A DNA stretch of 64,000 nucleotides, taken from Chlorokybus atmophyticus. Taxonomy: Eukaryota > Plantae > Mesostigma and Chlorokybus algae. The stretch spans positions 186,001 through 250,000 of the forward strand of contig RHPI01003244.1 of NCBI GenBank assembly GCA_009103225.1, in the 5' to 3' direction. The number at the start of each line of letters is the position of its first letter. Within the stretch, counting starts at the first letter, position 1. A program made the translations under genes and the position numbers. Positions 50,401 through 62,989 of the stretch are shown in pieces. The notes under the pieces were generated by a model. It did no database searches and had not been told where the DNA came from. It saw only the letters and a program-made list of their open reading frames with translations.

Positions 50401-53298
50401 AGTGGTCCACCCACGCTTACCTCATCGCACACGTTGGACTGTCACATATTGCAGTCAATTGTGGTTTCTCAGTCATATAACAGCTAACTTACCTCGCCCT
50501 CTTCGTTTGCTCGTGCCTCAGCTTCAGCTGCTGCTGCTTTCTCTTCCACAGCAACTTGCAGCGACTGCTGCAAACTGCGTGCCTGCTTTTGCGCTGCATC
50601 GATCTCGGCTGCCATGGCTGCCTGCGCATTAAAACGCGCATTGTCACGCACAGGCTCAAGGGACAACAGCTATTGGTTATCATATACAACACTTGTTTTC
50701 GCCTTAGTGATAGCAGACCAAGCAGTACCTTGACAGCTTCTAGCTCCGACAGTCTGTCGTGGAGACCTTCATTGGCCTGCAGCGCACCATGATGCTCTTG
50801 TTGGAGGTGGTCATACCTGCAGACAGCTACATGATGTTGAAGATGTAGCGTGCGGCTTGGTAGCCAGCCAGGCATGAGTATATATAAGCCACAACAAAAC
50901 GCAACAACTACCTCATGGACAGCTCCCAGATTTGCTGCTGGGCGTTCTGCAGCTGCTGTGGCAAGACTTGCAGCTCGGCAAGTTCCTCTTCCGCCCTCTC
51001 CAGGTGGCACCTGTTGATGGTAATGCCAGCACGCTAACATCAGTATGCAACAACTGCTGCTGATGTGTCTTTCCAAGTATGTATCCAATGCACACCTGTC
51101 CTCAGCAGCGCGTCGGTCTGCTCGCGCAACAGCATGCGCTGCCTGCGAACTGTTGGCTTCTGCCATCTGTCGGAAGCGATACGCATTGTCCAATTCGGTG
51201 CGTGATGCCTGCAAACAATTGTACCGTCATGACCTTTGCAAGCCCATTTGAGCCCAATCATCGCATGCAAGATGATATAAGATGTTAGCAAACAGAGTTG
51301 CTTGGACGGATACCCGAGTCACCTTACCTGCAACTGTGCATGTAGCAATACCAACAGGTTCTCCTTCCTGTTGCAATCATCCCGCATGTGCTCTACCTGT
51401 TGCAGCAAGTTGTTGTTTATCTCTAATCTGTGTTATCCAAGCAGCACTCATCAGACGGCTGTACCGGCAAACCTGTGCATTTGCGTCTGCAAGGCGGGCA
51501 TCGGTGTCAACAAGCAGCTGCGTCAACTCTGTGCGACAACCCACCTGCCATAAGGAGAGCAGCACAAGCTTTTCGTGTTGCGATCTGCAGCAACTTGTAC
51601 AGTTTAGTATTTGTATGTGTATATGTGGCCTACCACAAGCTTATGCTCTGCACTGCGCACGAACGCCATCCAGATCTTAGGTATGAGCTCCGCAGGCTCT
51701 GCGTACGTGCATGTGCTCAGCAGCTCCAACAGTACGTTGTGGAACCCCGAGCTGAAGAGAGACAGGAGGCGATAGACGCGGGACATGTAGCGTGCTTCCA
51801 TGCCCTGCAAGCCCACTGCGGTTAATGTTATTGTTGGTACATAGTGACGCATAAGCAACTCCTCAAGGGGTAGCGAACACACATCAAGCACAGTGTACTC
51901 AAGCAATAGGCGTGACGCAACAACCTGCAAGGCTGCTTCTGGAAGCAAGTCCCTGAAGTCCAACTCATGCGTTCGGTCTGCCCCGCGCTCTCTGAACCAC
52001 TATCAGCACGCAGCACCAAGACACAGCTGAGATGATGGAAAAACACAGCGTGTGTGTAAACCACGCTGGACAACACGCTATTCTTACAATGAAGGCCAAC
52101 CTGCATGCCTTGATGGCTGGGTAGGCTCATATCCTGCAGACACCGGAAACAAGTTGGTTTTTGTGCAATGCCGTTTTGTTGTGCAACGCTTCACTTCACA
52201 ATTGAGAAACACCTACAACACATACGGCTGTAAGTCTTGCTTGTTGTAACCTTTGCTCTCGTTGCATGTTCGGCTGCCGCCCTCATCTGGCTGTCCCTTC
52301 TGCGCGGGGAGTTCTGGCGCGAGCTCAACTGGCTGTCTGTCGCAAACGTACTGCGCGGGGAGCTCCAGGCCGTCTTCGGCTGCCAGGAATGCAAGTTTTG
52401 AAAAACTGTGGAGATAACAAAATGCATCATCATACAGCTGCGGTAAGAGCGTTAACTTGAAATGGCATTGAGGTGGGGTAGCGCACTGATGTGTATGTGT
52501 AAGCCACAGTGCAAAAATGTATACGCGTCGCGCTCTAAGCTGTACAGCGTGAAGCGTATACATGTATGCGAGCGTACAATGACACGTCTTCACAACAAGT
52601 TGGGTGTAAATCTCTGACAGGAGTGTTTCTGTCGCTGACATCGCTTTCAATTCGCTCACGCGCTCCTTACCCCTCATTCAAGCATTGCTTAGACAGAAAG
52701 CGTACGTTGGCAAGGCTCTCACCTTGACCCGAGGCAGGCTAAAGTGCGGCTCGTCGCTGTGTTCCCCAGAGTCATGCTGAAGAACGCTGGCACGCAGGTC
52801 CTGCACGTAGCTACAATGACAAAAAACTTGTTATTCGTGTTATATACAAGACACGCTATCATTCCTGTTATCTGTGTTTGTGTACTACAAACATGTCATA
52901 ACAACCTCACATGATTGTCCACGCTATGCACAATCGTAACACGGATGCAAACAACGTCATTTGCATGGGCTTTATTATTTTTCGTATTTTTTAAACACAC
53001 TTTGGTACACTTTGGACAACATAGCACCTGGCGCATGCAAAGCCAACGCTGAGACTCAAACCAAACACAACACCAGTCTTGTCCTGCTGCTGCATGCATT
53101 GTGTACCACAAGCCACTGCTTTCTGTTTAATTGTTGCTAATACTTGTGCATGCGCAGCAAGTCCCTTGGCTGTTCCGGCCCCATGTTGCCAACGTCGTCA
53201 CCGCCTTGGTGATGGGGGTGGATGGGCCGGACAGTAGTGCCACCACCCCCACCGCCTCCAATTGGCAGCGGTGGCACCGCATTTCCACCATGAGCCAT
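47406..53298 (-). CDS. Long coiled-coil protein of unknown function (possibly ciliary or centrosomal); many exons
   Basis: Consistent GT-AG exons encoding E/Q/A/R/K heptad-rich segments (ASRTELDNAYRFRQMAEANS, QVDEFKTARNRDKVKSNVEVEKLQAQIKAM, ENLERQESLIRTAVEDAVRQERALQ); probable start MAHGGNAVPPLP; stop at 47406. Confidence 0.75.
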
Positions 53299-54926
53299 GA
53301 CACCAACTAGTTGTGATGAATTGAGCTCAACATCTGATTGAGACAAGCATTGGCGACGCCGCCGCCCACCTCGCCGCCGACGTAGCCAGCAACAGGGCTG
53401 GTCCGGTCAACGGTCTGTGCGCACAAGCGCACAAGGCTGTGCGCACTCGGGATCGCTTGTGGATTTTGACTTAATGCAATCATTCAATTCAGTTCGAGAC
53501 TCTCAAGTTCAGAGTCTCAACTTGAGAGGTAAAGGTTGATGACTTGAGTGACTTGAGTGACTCAAGTTGAGAGTCTGTCAGCTTGTTGCAATGGTTCCAT
53601 CATAGGACAATATTGTGAGCCACAATCTGTGGCCGGCGTGGCGAGCCAACAGCTGGTTATGCTTTCCTATACCATGTGCTGAGAGGCAGTGCGAGCTGTT
53701 GTTAGCAAAGACAAAAAATTTGCTGATGTGTTCAAAGAGCTTGAGGCATTTAAATACTATAGCTAGCACTTGCACGCATATAAAACCCTCTATAACTAGT
53801 TAAGCTCAAGTTGCTAGTGTGTATAGGCAAACCAAGTAAGGCTGATGGAAGTTCACATGCAAAGACACTCTGATGCACACGCACACAGCAGCACTCGTAA
53901 CAACCGAGGCAGACGCAATCAAGTGTATGTTGAATTGATGGAAACTTGACGGGAACTTGTTTGCGGATCATCAATGCTCTATCTTATGCATACTATTGCC
54001 TAATATTTCTTTGACTTATGGATGTCGCGTCTCAAGCACTGGCTTAAGTCACTCTCAGTTCCTTACTCATAAGGTAAGTAAGAAGGACTAAGTGAGGATT
54101 CCGCATAGTCATGGTGAGTGTAGCATCTGGCATACGTGCTCATGAAGTCAGTTCTTATGCATTTAGTGTATGAGGACCTAGCTACTACCGTGTCATGTGA
54201 CACAAGACACTGTCTACCAGTATGTACAGAACTGGTCAGTGTTAAGCGCACAGTTGTTAACTTGAAGGCACCAACAGTGTTGCCTATGTTGATGTGTCCG
54301 AGGGTGGACAAGTCGGCCTATGCTGACAGGTCAGCGCATAGGCGGTGAGGTCTTATTGGCCTTGGACATGCTATGTGCCAGGTGGGAGAGCAGCAGCTAG
54401 TATAAAGGCGTGACAACCACCTTGTGGTGGCAGTCAGTTGCTAGCCTGGCAGAGCTACTTGTGTGTGGGGTGCCTGGCTGAAGCTGTTGGGTGCTCTTCC
54501 CATCAACTCCTTGTGGGGTGTTGGTTGCTGCATGGAGTGCTGTAAGTTAAACTGCTTGTGCAGAATTTTGTGACGCTCTCAACTGGTAAGTTGAGAGGTT
54601 CAATGTGACATTGGGATCGTCGCGGTCACCAACACGGTGCTCCAAGCCCTGCATGCTTGTGCATCAGCTTGCACATCTGTTGCTAGCATATGCGTTGCAT
54701 TCTTTGCTTGCATACGCTTTGTAGCAGTGTTGTTGGCTAAGAGTGCATGCTAGTTGGTTGTTACAACTGTGTGCACACTTGCATATCAGGTGTGGGCTGT
54801 GTTTCACGCTGTCTCTGGCAACTGATTGTGTGCATCACTGTTGCATACACACGAAGCAGTGTTAAGAGGGTTTGATTATTGCATTCACTCTCATTTTGTG
54901 CTTGTGCATGATGAAAAAAAGGTTAG

Positions 54927-55593
54927 CACTAGGGATGTAACTGTACATGTACACCTAAGTGTACATTCAAATGGCCCTCCTCCTTAAGTGTACATGTACA
55001 CTTAAGTACATCAAAATGGCCCTCCTTGGCACGGCCTTCTTTGCTGATGGTGATGTGACAATGCAACATGTAACATATCGTTGGATAGCTCTCCACGTGA
55101 CGTATCCAAGAAAAGTAACCGCGTCGCAATCGGCGCAGTGGTTTAAAAGTTATACATTTTGATGTCTGATACTGTGGTTAGGGTTTGCTGATCGGACCCG
55201 TCGAAGGACCCGTCGTGTTCACTTAATAGAAATAATTTCTTATACAGAAGGAATCTTGTGACAAGTTGCCAATGAAAGTTGTTCTACTCGATGAGAGCTA
55301 TCCAACGCGCTCATAAATGCCGCGGAATTTCTACAAATGCAGCCATAAGGACACTTCAAAGGCCCTTGCATAACCGTACACAAAAGAGTATAATGACTTT
55401 TGCCATTTTAGTCGTTTACCAAGGTGTAACTTGTAACACAAGTGGCCAATCAAGCTGAATGTTTGCACATGAGTTGCTTACAATGTGTGTACAAACTTTC
55501 AGCTTAAAATGTAAGGGTTTGCAATTGTTATGGCAATGCCCAGCATATGAGATAAATGTACACTTAAGTGTACATTTATCTACATCCCTAGTG
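54927..55593. mobile_element. Non-autonomous TIR element (MITE-like, 667 bp) inserted just upstream of gag
   Basis: Perfect 13-bp TIR CACTAGGGATGTA / TACATCCCTAGTG; subterminal TGTACACTTAAGTGTACA palindrome and variants at both ends; no clear TSD. Confidence 0.8.
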
Positions 55594-56951
55594 TTACAAT
55601 GGATCTGGCTGATGGAAAAGCCGCCAACCCGCTAGCAGCTCAGGTAGCTGATCTCCAAAACCTGGTGCAGGCCATGTTGGTCCCAACACAACCATGAAAG
55701 AATAGCATGAGCAGCAGCTGGCTAAGTTGATAGCTGCAAACGCTCACAAAATGATGCCACGCCTTGAATTCTTTCCAGGCGCTTATGAACGGAAAAGCAA
55801 AGATTTTAGTGTCGCTGTGCGTGATTGGTTGTTTGGATGTAATTGAGTGTTGAGTGCTGCTGAGGTGTTGCCTGGGCATTAGGCTAAAGCAGTTGCACTG
55901 TTAGCATCCTACTTGCGTGGTAGTGCTGCACGTATGTGGGAAGGGGCTTTGTTATGCCTAGAAGCCGCTGGCAAGGATGTCGCGAGGTTGGGTGTGTTTG
56001 AGAGTGCTATGTTGCATGCCTATAGGGGTGTGAACCCATCGCAGACAGCACGTGTCAAGCGTAGGCACCTGAAAGTTAGGCTCGAGCAGTCAGTGTAAGA
56101 CTTTACTATCTAATTCGAGCCAGTGTGTGCCGAGGTCGGCCCTGATATCATGATGCCGCTGGCTGATGCGGAGACGATGGACAAGTATTGAGCTGCTGTG
56201 CCGCAGAGCAGAGGACACGCAGAAGCAGTTGACCTTTAAGGAGGGCCTTGAATCTTTCACGCATGCTGACTTCGATGTGATGAAGTGCACAGCTGTGCAA
56301 TATGACAACCGGCACCGCATGATCAATTAGGCAAAACGTTTGCCTCTTGTGAACAGCTATCAGCCCTCCTCGTCCACCACCACAGCTGCTAGTGGCAATG
56401 GCAGAGGCAACAACCGCAAGCGCGGTTGCTCAGACAGCAAAGGCAAGCAATCCTTCTAGCCTGCCCATAAGAAGCGCACCAACAACCTTGCAGAGGTCAG
56501 CCCGGAGCTGAAGGGTGCTCACTTCAAGGCCGGAGTATGCCTCAAGATCGGGGAGAAGGGCCCTCGAGTGGTCACCTGCCCCAACCCCGCTTATGACAAG
56601 CCCGTTGCATAGAATGACGGGGTGGAGAGCTGCTCGACTAGCAGCAAGACCCTGCCAGCTACCAACATTGTGTTGAACTTTGTTGGTAATGTACACCCTT
56701 CCCTGCGCACATGTGATGTTGTGGTGTGGGACAATAATATGGGTGTGCCTGTTGACTCCGACTTAATGCATGATTGTGTGGGCAAGCAAGTGCTTCTCAA
56801 TGCGCCCTTTGACAAGTTGTCAACGGTGCTCAAGCACTATGTAAAGTGCAAGAGCAAGAATTTGAGTTCGCATAATACAGTGCATGTCATTATGTCATTA
56901 TGCTCAGGTTTGTTGTTGTTGTTGTTGTTGACTTTGCTATGTTATCCGCAG

Positions 56952-57825
56952 ACTTGGGTTGGCGGCACAGCCATTCACCGCCTCGTTAGCGCCCTCACTG
57001 GCAACAACATTGCGCAAGCATCAACCAACATCATGTCCATATCCCTCTCGCAGTTTGCTTGCTTCATGGTCTTCTGGGCCATACAGGTAGAAACTACTGT
57101 CGTACATGCATCAAGTTCAAAGGCAGGAACATGGATGACAATCAATCTAAAACCATTGTAGGTTGCAATCATTGTGCGGCATCGAGTCCATATGCCAAGT
57201 GGAGGAGTACGCTGCGCCCGTTGATTGCAATGGGCTTGGCTCTCCTTGCATGGGCATACCTCAGGTACAACACGTGATGTAGTCTGCAAGCGGCGTTGAT
57301 GATGTATCGGCAACGCGTCATATTGCAACATGATCAGGGCAGGAGGATTTGGTAGCATGCTATCAGCGCCATCGCAGTTTGCTCCCGGGTTTCCGAAGCA
57401 TGGCGAGTTCTGGCCAGTATTCTTTGCAAGTCTGACCGGTAAGTCCCGAATAGCAGCAGCTCGTGAAGATGTCAACGCAGTAACTCTAATTGTGATTGTG
57501 TGTAGCAAATGTTGGATTTTGGGCGACGCTGTCGCTGAACATCCCGGACTTCACACGATATGCACGCAGCCAGACCGAACAGCTCCTCGGCCAAGCCATT
57601 GACCTGCCGGTATGCTATCTCTGTTACACACACACTGCGATGCATTTCCTTGACAGCTGCATGAAAGCCTTGAGCGCCTGTCATTTTGTAACGCAAAATG
57701 CACGTGTGACACTGTGTCTTGAGTCTCTCCTTGGCGTGCAGTTGTTCATGGCGCTTTTCACATTTATTGGACTGGCGGTGACCTCAGCCACGGTCGTCAT
57801 ATTGGGCCATGCCATAGCTGATCCG
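56952..57825 (+). pseudogene. Internal 5-exon fragment of an NCS1 nucleobase/allantoin:cation symporter gene, frameshifted, introns retained
   Basis: TWVGGTAIHRL...LSQFACFMVFWAIQ|VAII..GIESI.QVEEYAAPV.IAMGLALLAWAYLR|AGGFGSMLSAPSQF...FWPVFFASLT|ANVGFWATLSLNIPDFTRYARSQTEQLLGQAIDLP|LFMALFTFIGLAVTSATVVILGHAIADP. WATLSLNIPDFTRY is a hallmark of plant/bacterial NCS1. Two frameshifts in exon 2. Confidence 0.92.
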
Positions 57826-58057
57826 GTGAGTATCCTCTGTAACCCAGCCAACATTTAACTCAACAGTCTATGGTAGGCTGCTTGCATGCGGAGCCTCGGT
57901 ATTCTGTTCATTGTATTTGATCACTGCATACCAGCAAATACGGATTACCCCAAAAGATGTGCCTAAGACAGCGTTCGAAACGCCTGTGTTCTAGAATACA
58001 ATATTCTCTACTGGGCTCTCGAAAGCGCCGGCCACCTTTCAAGCTATGATGAACCGA

Positions 58058-59530
58058 CACCGGTGGAAATGGGTTTCGGCAAATCAGGTTCGATCCGCAA
58101 CTTTGTAATGGATGAAGCCGGACGTTACTTGCGGATTTTGCAAATTTTATGGCGGATTCGTACGTATGTTGTAGCTGCAGCCAGAAGTTTATTGCGACCT
58201 GTCACAAACGGCAATCCGCCGGTGACGATCGAAAGTACCGGATCCTCTACAATGTTGAGGATTTCGGTGTTTACGTAATCAAGGGTTCAGCCGTGAGAAA
58301 GACTTGTTTAAGTCGCAATTACAATTGTGACCAATTCGTTAATAATGCGTCTTTACTCCCTGACGCAATTGAGGACTCGACGATAACATTAAAATGCATT
58401 CAGGTTGCATGCTAAAGCTGCACACATTATTGAATTGGTGACCGGTTCCATGGACGATACGAGACTTTATACTTAATAAACTCGGAACGCTGGGATCGAT
58501 CCTTCTATTATTAAACCATAATTATTTTGCGACCTCATCATTGACAAATTGCCGTTTCAACCCCGCGGCCTGTTCATGGCTTGCCCCGCAGCCTGCTAGT
58601 CGCGGGGCAAGCAAGTAGAAGGCTGCGACTTGCATGTATATTCATTGGTAAACCGTGGTAGCACATGAGGTAAACATGTAAAGACTTGACCCCAACTCCG
58701 CAAACAACCTTGCGCCAGCAGGTGACGCAGGGCGCGTAATGCAAAGAATGCTGGTGATCTCGCGCTGTGATTGGACAGAACGGCAAGTCGAACAAAGTCT
58801 TCCTCCTCAAGTCACCTTTACGTTGGTAAATTCCACCTTCACCGTTATCTTTTTTGATACAAGTGGTACATATAAATATATATATATACCGCGGCATATA
58901 TACATATGTATATAATATATATGTATGCATATATATGTATATGTGTATATACATGTGTATGTACATATACCGGTAGTGCCGTTGTATGCAGCTGTTGGTG
59001 CATGCGTAATGCATGCATTGCGGCACGTGAGATAATTGAGGCAGCCACTGTTAATACTTTTTGCAAACGCGTAGCAGGATGTCTTGTGTCGTCATAGTCT
59101 AACCGGTCAATGTTTAGGTCGTATGCTGTTGCTTGCTAACCGAACAGAGTCTTCCGCGCAGATTTGAAACTCGGCGATGGAAACACGAAAACCCCTGTGC
59201 TGTGGCTCTTTTGATTTTTCGCCGCGAACTGCGGCCATAACATTTCTGATCAGATCACACATTGAGGTTAATACCCTTAATACATGATCTAAGCAAAAAT
59301 TTGTTCAAGATGTGGCCATTATCAAGATTAAGAAAAGACGGATACCGAACACAATGCACACAAGCTAGTTGACCTTGATGGCAGCTCGATACCAAACAAA
59401 GTTGTGGCTGCAGCAGCAAAAAGTGCCAAAACGGATATGCTGCCTGCATATGGATCTTTAATAAGTTATAGCTGGATCTCCATTCATTTGTGGGCAAGGC
59501 CGAACTGCTGAGGGGCCATATCTACGGGTG
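58058..59530. mobile_element. Non-autonomous CACTA/EnSpm-like DNA transposon (1473 bp) inserted in RT
   Basis: 3-bp TSD CGA (58055-57, 59531-33); TIR CACCGGTGGAAATGG vs CACCCGTAGATATGG (12/15); excision restores MMNRVSYELIEKSVLVYLD; internal (TA)-rich microsatellite at about 58870-58970. Confidence 0.85.
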
Positions 59531-61460
59531 CGAGTTTCCTACGAATTGATCGAAAAATCAGTACTTGTGTACTTGGATAACACCATGTAGTGCAGATAGG
59601 ACCTTAAGTCACATGTTGAACATGTGCATGAGGTGTTGAACACGTTGTGTGTCAACAAGTTCTTTGCGTACATGCTCAAATGTGAATTCGGGAAAATTGG
59701 ACTGCAATTCTTTAAGCACATTGTGAGTGCGAAGGGCGTGTGCCCTGATCCCAAGAAGGTTGCAAAGGTCAAAGAGTGGCCTGCTCCTAAGAATACGCAC
59801 GGGTTGCGGGCCTTCTTGGGTCTGAGCAACTATTTGCAAAAGTATCTCTTGGGTTGCTCATCCAAAGTGGCACCCCTCACCAACTTGTTACATGAGAAAG
59901 TCGTGTGGAGGTGGGCATACCGATAAGAAAGAGCCTTTAAGTCCATCAAAGAGGCCTTGGTGACAACACTGTGTTACAACCTGAATTGCCTGACTTCACA
60001 AAACACATTCAGGTTGTGAGTGATGCATCCCTTGATGGCACTGGTGCAGTACTGCTCTTGGAGGGACACCCGCTTGCATATTTGAGCAAGAAGTTCTCTC
60101 CTGCTGAGAGACTCTATACCACAACTGAGCAAGAGTTGTTGGGGGTGGTCCATGCGCTACAAGAGTGGCGCTGCTATTTGGAAGGGGATGGAAGGAGCGT
60201 TTGCAGTGGTGACATACCACAACCCCCGTGTTTTCTTGCAGACCCAACCAACCCTGTCGAGGAGGCAAAAACGGTGAGTACTTGTCACAATTCAACTTAA
60301 CTTGGCCCAAGTCTGTATACCGGGTATACAGACCAATGAGAGTGAATGTGGAAGATCCTTTGAGTCGCTTACCTCTGTTGTTGGCAGCGATGACACGGGC
60401 TAGTGTGCATTCAAAGGGAGCATAACCCAAGAATGGGAGCAACAACTAGGTCTCAGCAGCAAAGGCTGTCTAATTCGCAACCAAGTGAGGCTTGTGCCGA
60501 AGAGTTACCAATTGCAAGTGGATCAGGTTGAGAAACCAATGGTTGCTGATGCAAATGTGGAGGACTCGCTTAAGCTTGCTGATGATGTGCAAGACATTGC
60601 TGCTCGTCTACTGCAGGCTTATGCACTTGACACTTGGTTTGTCGAGCTGCTGAAGCAAAGAGACGACAAGATCACTTGACACAGGTATGTGGTACCGTGA
60701 GGGCAAGCTAATCGTGCCAGATGCACTCAATCTCAGTGAATATTGCTTGTTGGAAGCACACAACGCAGTGTATAGTGGTCACATGGGTATGACCAAAATC
60801 ATCAAGCTACTACAGCGTCAGTACTGGTGGCCTACTCTGACTGCTGATGCAACCAACTAGTATGTATAGACATGTGATGCTTGTCAACGTAACAAGGCCT
60901 CACACCGTGAACCGGTCGGGCTGTTGAAGCCGCTAGCTATCCGATGGGAAAGTGTGAGCATGAATGTGATAACAGATTTGCCCGAAACACAGAGAGGGCA
61001 TGATGCCATCATTGTCTTTGTTGCCCATCTTACAAAGATCACCATGATAGTCCGGTTTGAACTCTGTCGCACTAGCATCAGTGCGCAAGAGTTTGCGTAT
61101 GCTTTTGTAAACACGGTGTTCAAGCTGCACGGGGTACCTAAGGAGGTGGTGTCTGACCGGGACCCCTAATTTACCAATCGGTTGAGCAAGCTGTGTGTCA
61201 GTACTTCAGGACTAAGCAGAGCTTGAGCACTGCTTACCATCCACAAAGTGATGGGCAGACGGCGCGTGCAAACCAGGTGCTGGAAGACGTGCTGCGACGC
61301 TACACTTCACCAGGTTTGATGACTTGGATATGCATCTTGCAGCAGCTGAGTTTGCAGTGAACAATGCATGGCAAAAGTCATTGCACTCCATTCTTGAATA
61401 ATGGTAGGCATCCTGTGACACTTATGTCTTTGCAAGTTCAGCCGTTTAAAAAAGTGCCTA

Positions 61461-62989
61461 CGTCGAAAAATGTTTCCCCTGCCGGCCGATTAAATACTGG
61501 TAACGGCCGTGCACCTTAGGATACTCATTTGGACTGTCGTAGCTCAGTCCACTTGTAATCTCGATACAGAAACCTGAGTATAACGGCCGTCCCCGGCCGT
61601 TTACACAAAGGAACTGACCTAGATGGACAGGTACCTGTCTGGTACTTATTAGTCAAGCAAAAGGGACTTGATCAAACTAACCGGTACCTGTAAGATACCT
61701 ATCAAGCAAAGGTGACTTAGCCTAACCAACAAGTATCTGACCGGTACTTATCAGTTGGGTACCGGCAATTTTATGGTAACTGTCCCTAACTGCCAGGTAC
61801 CTAGTTATGACTAACGGTACCTTAGAGTACCGTCAGTGATGAGTACGTACCGCGTTTGTGTGACATCGACTGTGCAAGATGGCAATCATATGTCACAACT
61901 TAATTACATCATAGTCATATACATGTCACCTACACAGTACAAGCCCCTCTACTAACATACTACGAGATACTACTACACTACTACGGTAGTAGTACTACCT
62001 ACCACACTACAGTCTGCCGCCGCTAAGTCTTGTGCTGCCGCTTGCCTGCTGCTTTCGCACTCCTAGCCTGGCCGTCCCGCGGAAAGAGGGGCGGTCAGCT
62101 AGGGCGGCGCAACGCATTATATACACCACCACCACCACCACCACCACCACAACAACAACAGCGCACCTGCTGGCGGCGGCCGCCGCCGCCGCCGCCGCCG
62201 CCGCCTGGCCTGATGGCCGCCCTGCAACACAAAGGGTGGAAGGGCGGTTGGGCTGCGCTGCTGCGCACTACACGACAAGACATGCACAAGCACATACCTG
62301 CCGCCGCCGCAGCAGCACAACGCTCAACTGCGCAAGTCAACTTGCACAGTTGAGCGTTGTGTTGCGGCTTAGCGTTTAAATTCACAAGGGGGCCGTTGAG
62401 TTTGAAAACCCAACGGCTTTCCTTATGACACCATCGTACCATTATGATGGTACTTTTGTACCATCGTAATGGTACAAAAGTACCAATATAATAGTACCTT
62501 TGTAATGGTACTGCTGTACCATATTGATGGTACGATCGTACCATTATTCTGAGACGAAACTTCCATCGTATCATATATCAGTACTTGTCCCAACTCACCG
62601 CCACCGCTCGTCCCTAAGTTGGGACTGATAAGTCACTTGCTTGCCATTTTTGATATATCACCGTCGTAAAATGCTATACGACCGGCGGTCGGTCGTATTA
62701 ACTACGTAAATATTTCGTATCATTGCCATAACAGGTAGGTCGCCGCCGCGGGTGCTGTACGACCGGCGGTTGGCCGTCGACATATATTACAAGCAAGTCA
62801 TGACAGGCAGGCAGCAGTCCATTATATTGTACGATAGGCCATCAGCCGTTGATTGTTATCCACGATATACACCGACAGTCCAGTCAGTCCCTTTATGGCC
62901 CAAGTCGTCAGGGTTAGGTACGGTCAGGTAGGGTCAGGCACTCGTCAGTCCCGCAATCCCTAGTCAGTCACCGTGTAAAATTTGCGACG
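61461..62989. mobile_element. Non-autonomous Tc1/mariner-like element (1529 bp) inserted in the integrase C-terminal region
   Basis: TA TSD (61459-60, 62990-91); short TIR CGTCGAAAAAT vs CGTCGCAAATT; excision restores KVPTARGFME*MHAALACAKDCLRAAQDR; internal GGTACC-rich and trinucleotide repeats. Confidence 0.75.

Noticed and set aside
54611-54623. PBS of Gypsy element 2 (TGGGATCGTCGC)
   Set aside because: Only partial match to the tRNA-iMet PBS; the position fits but the sequence support is too weak to list.
58579-58612. 11-bp GC-rich hairpin as a Helitron 3' end
   Set aside because: No CTRR terminus at the right spacing and no matching TC 5' end or AT target found.
62030-62574. ORF-track poly-Pro/Gly/Ala/Thr ORFs (also similar ones at 44349-44805 and 14543-14931)
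   Set aside because: These arise from trinucleotide low-complexity DNA in TE, LTR or UTR sequence, with no domain content.
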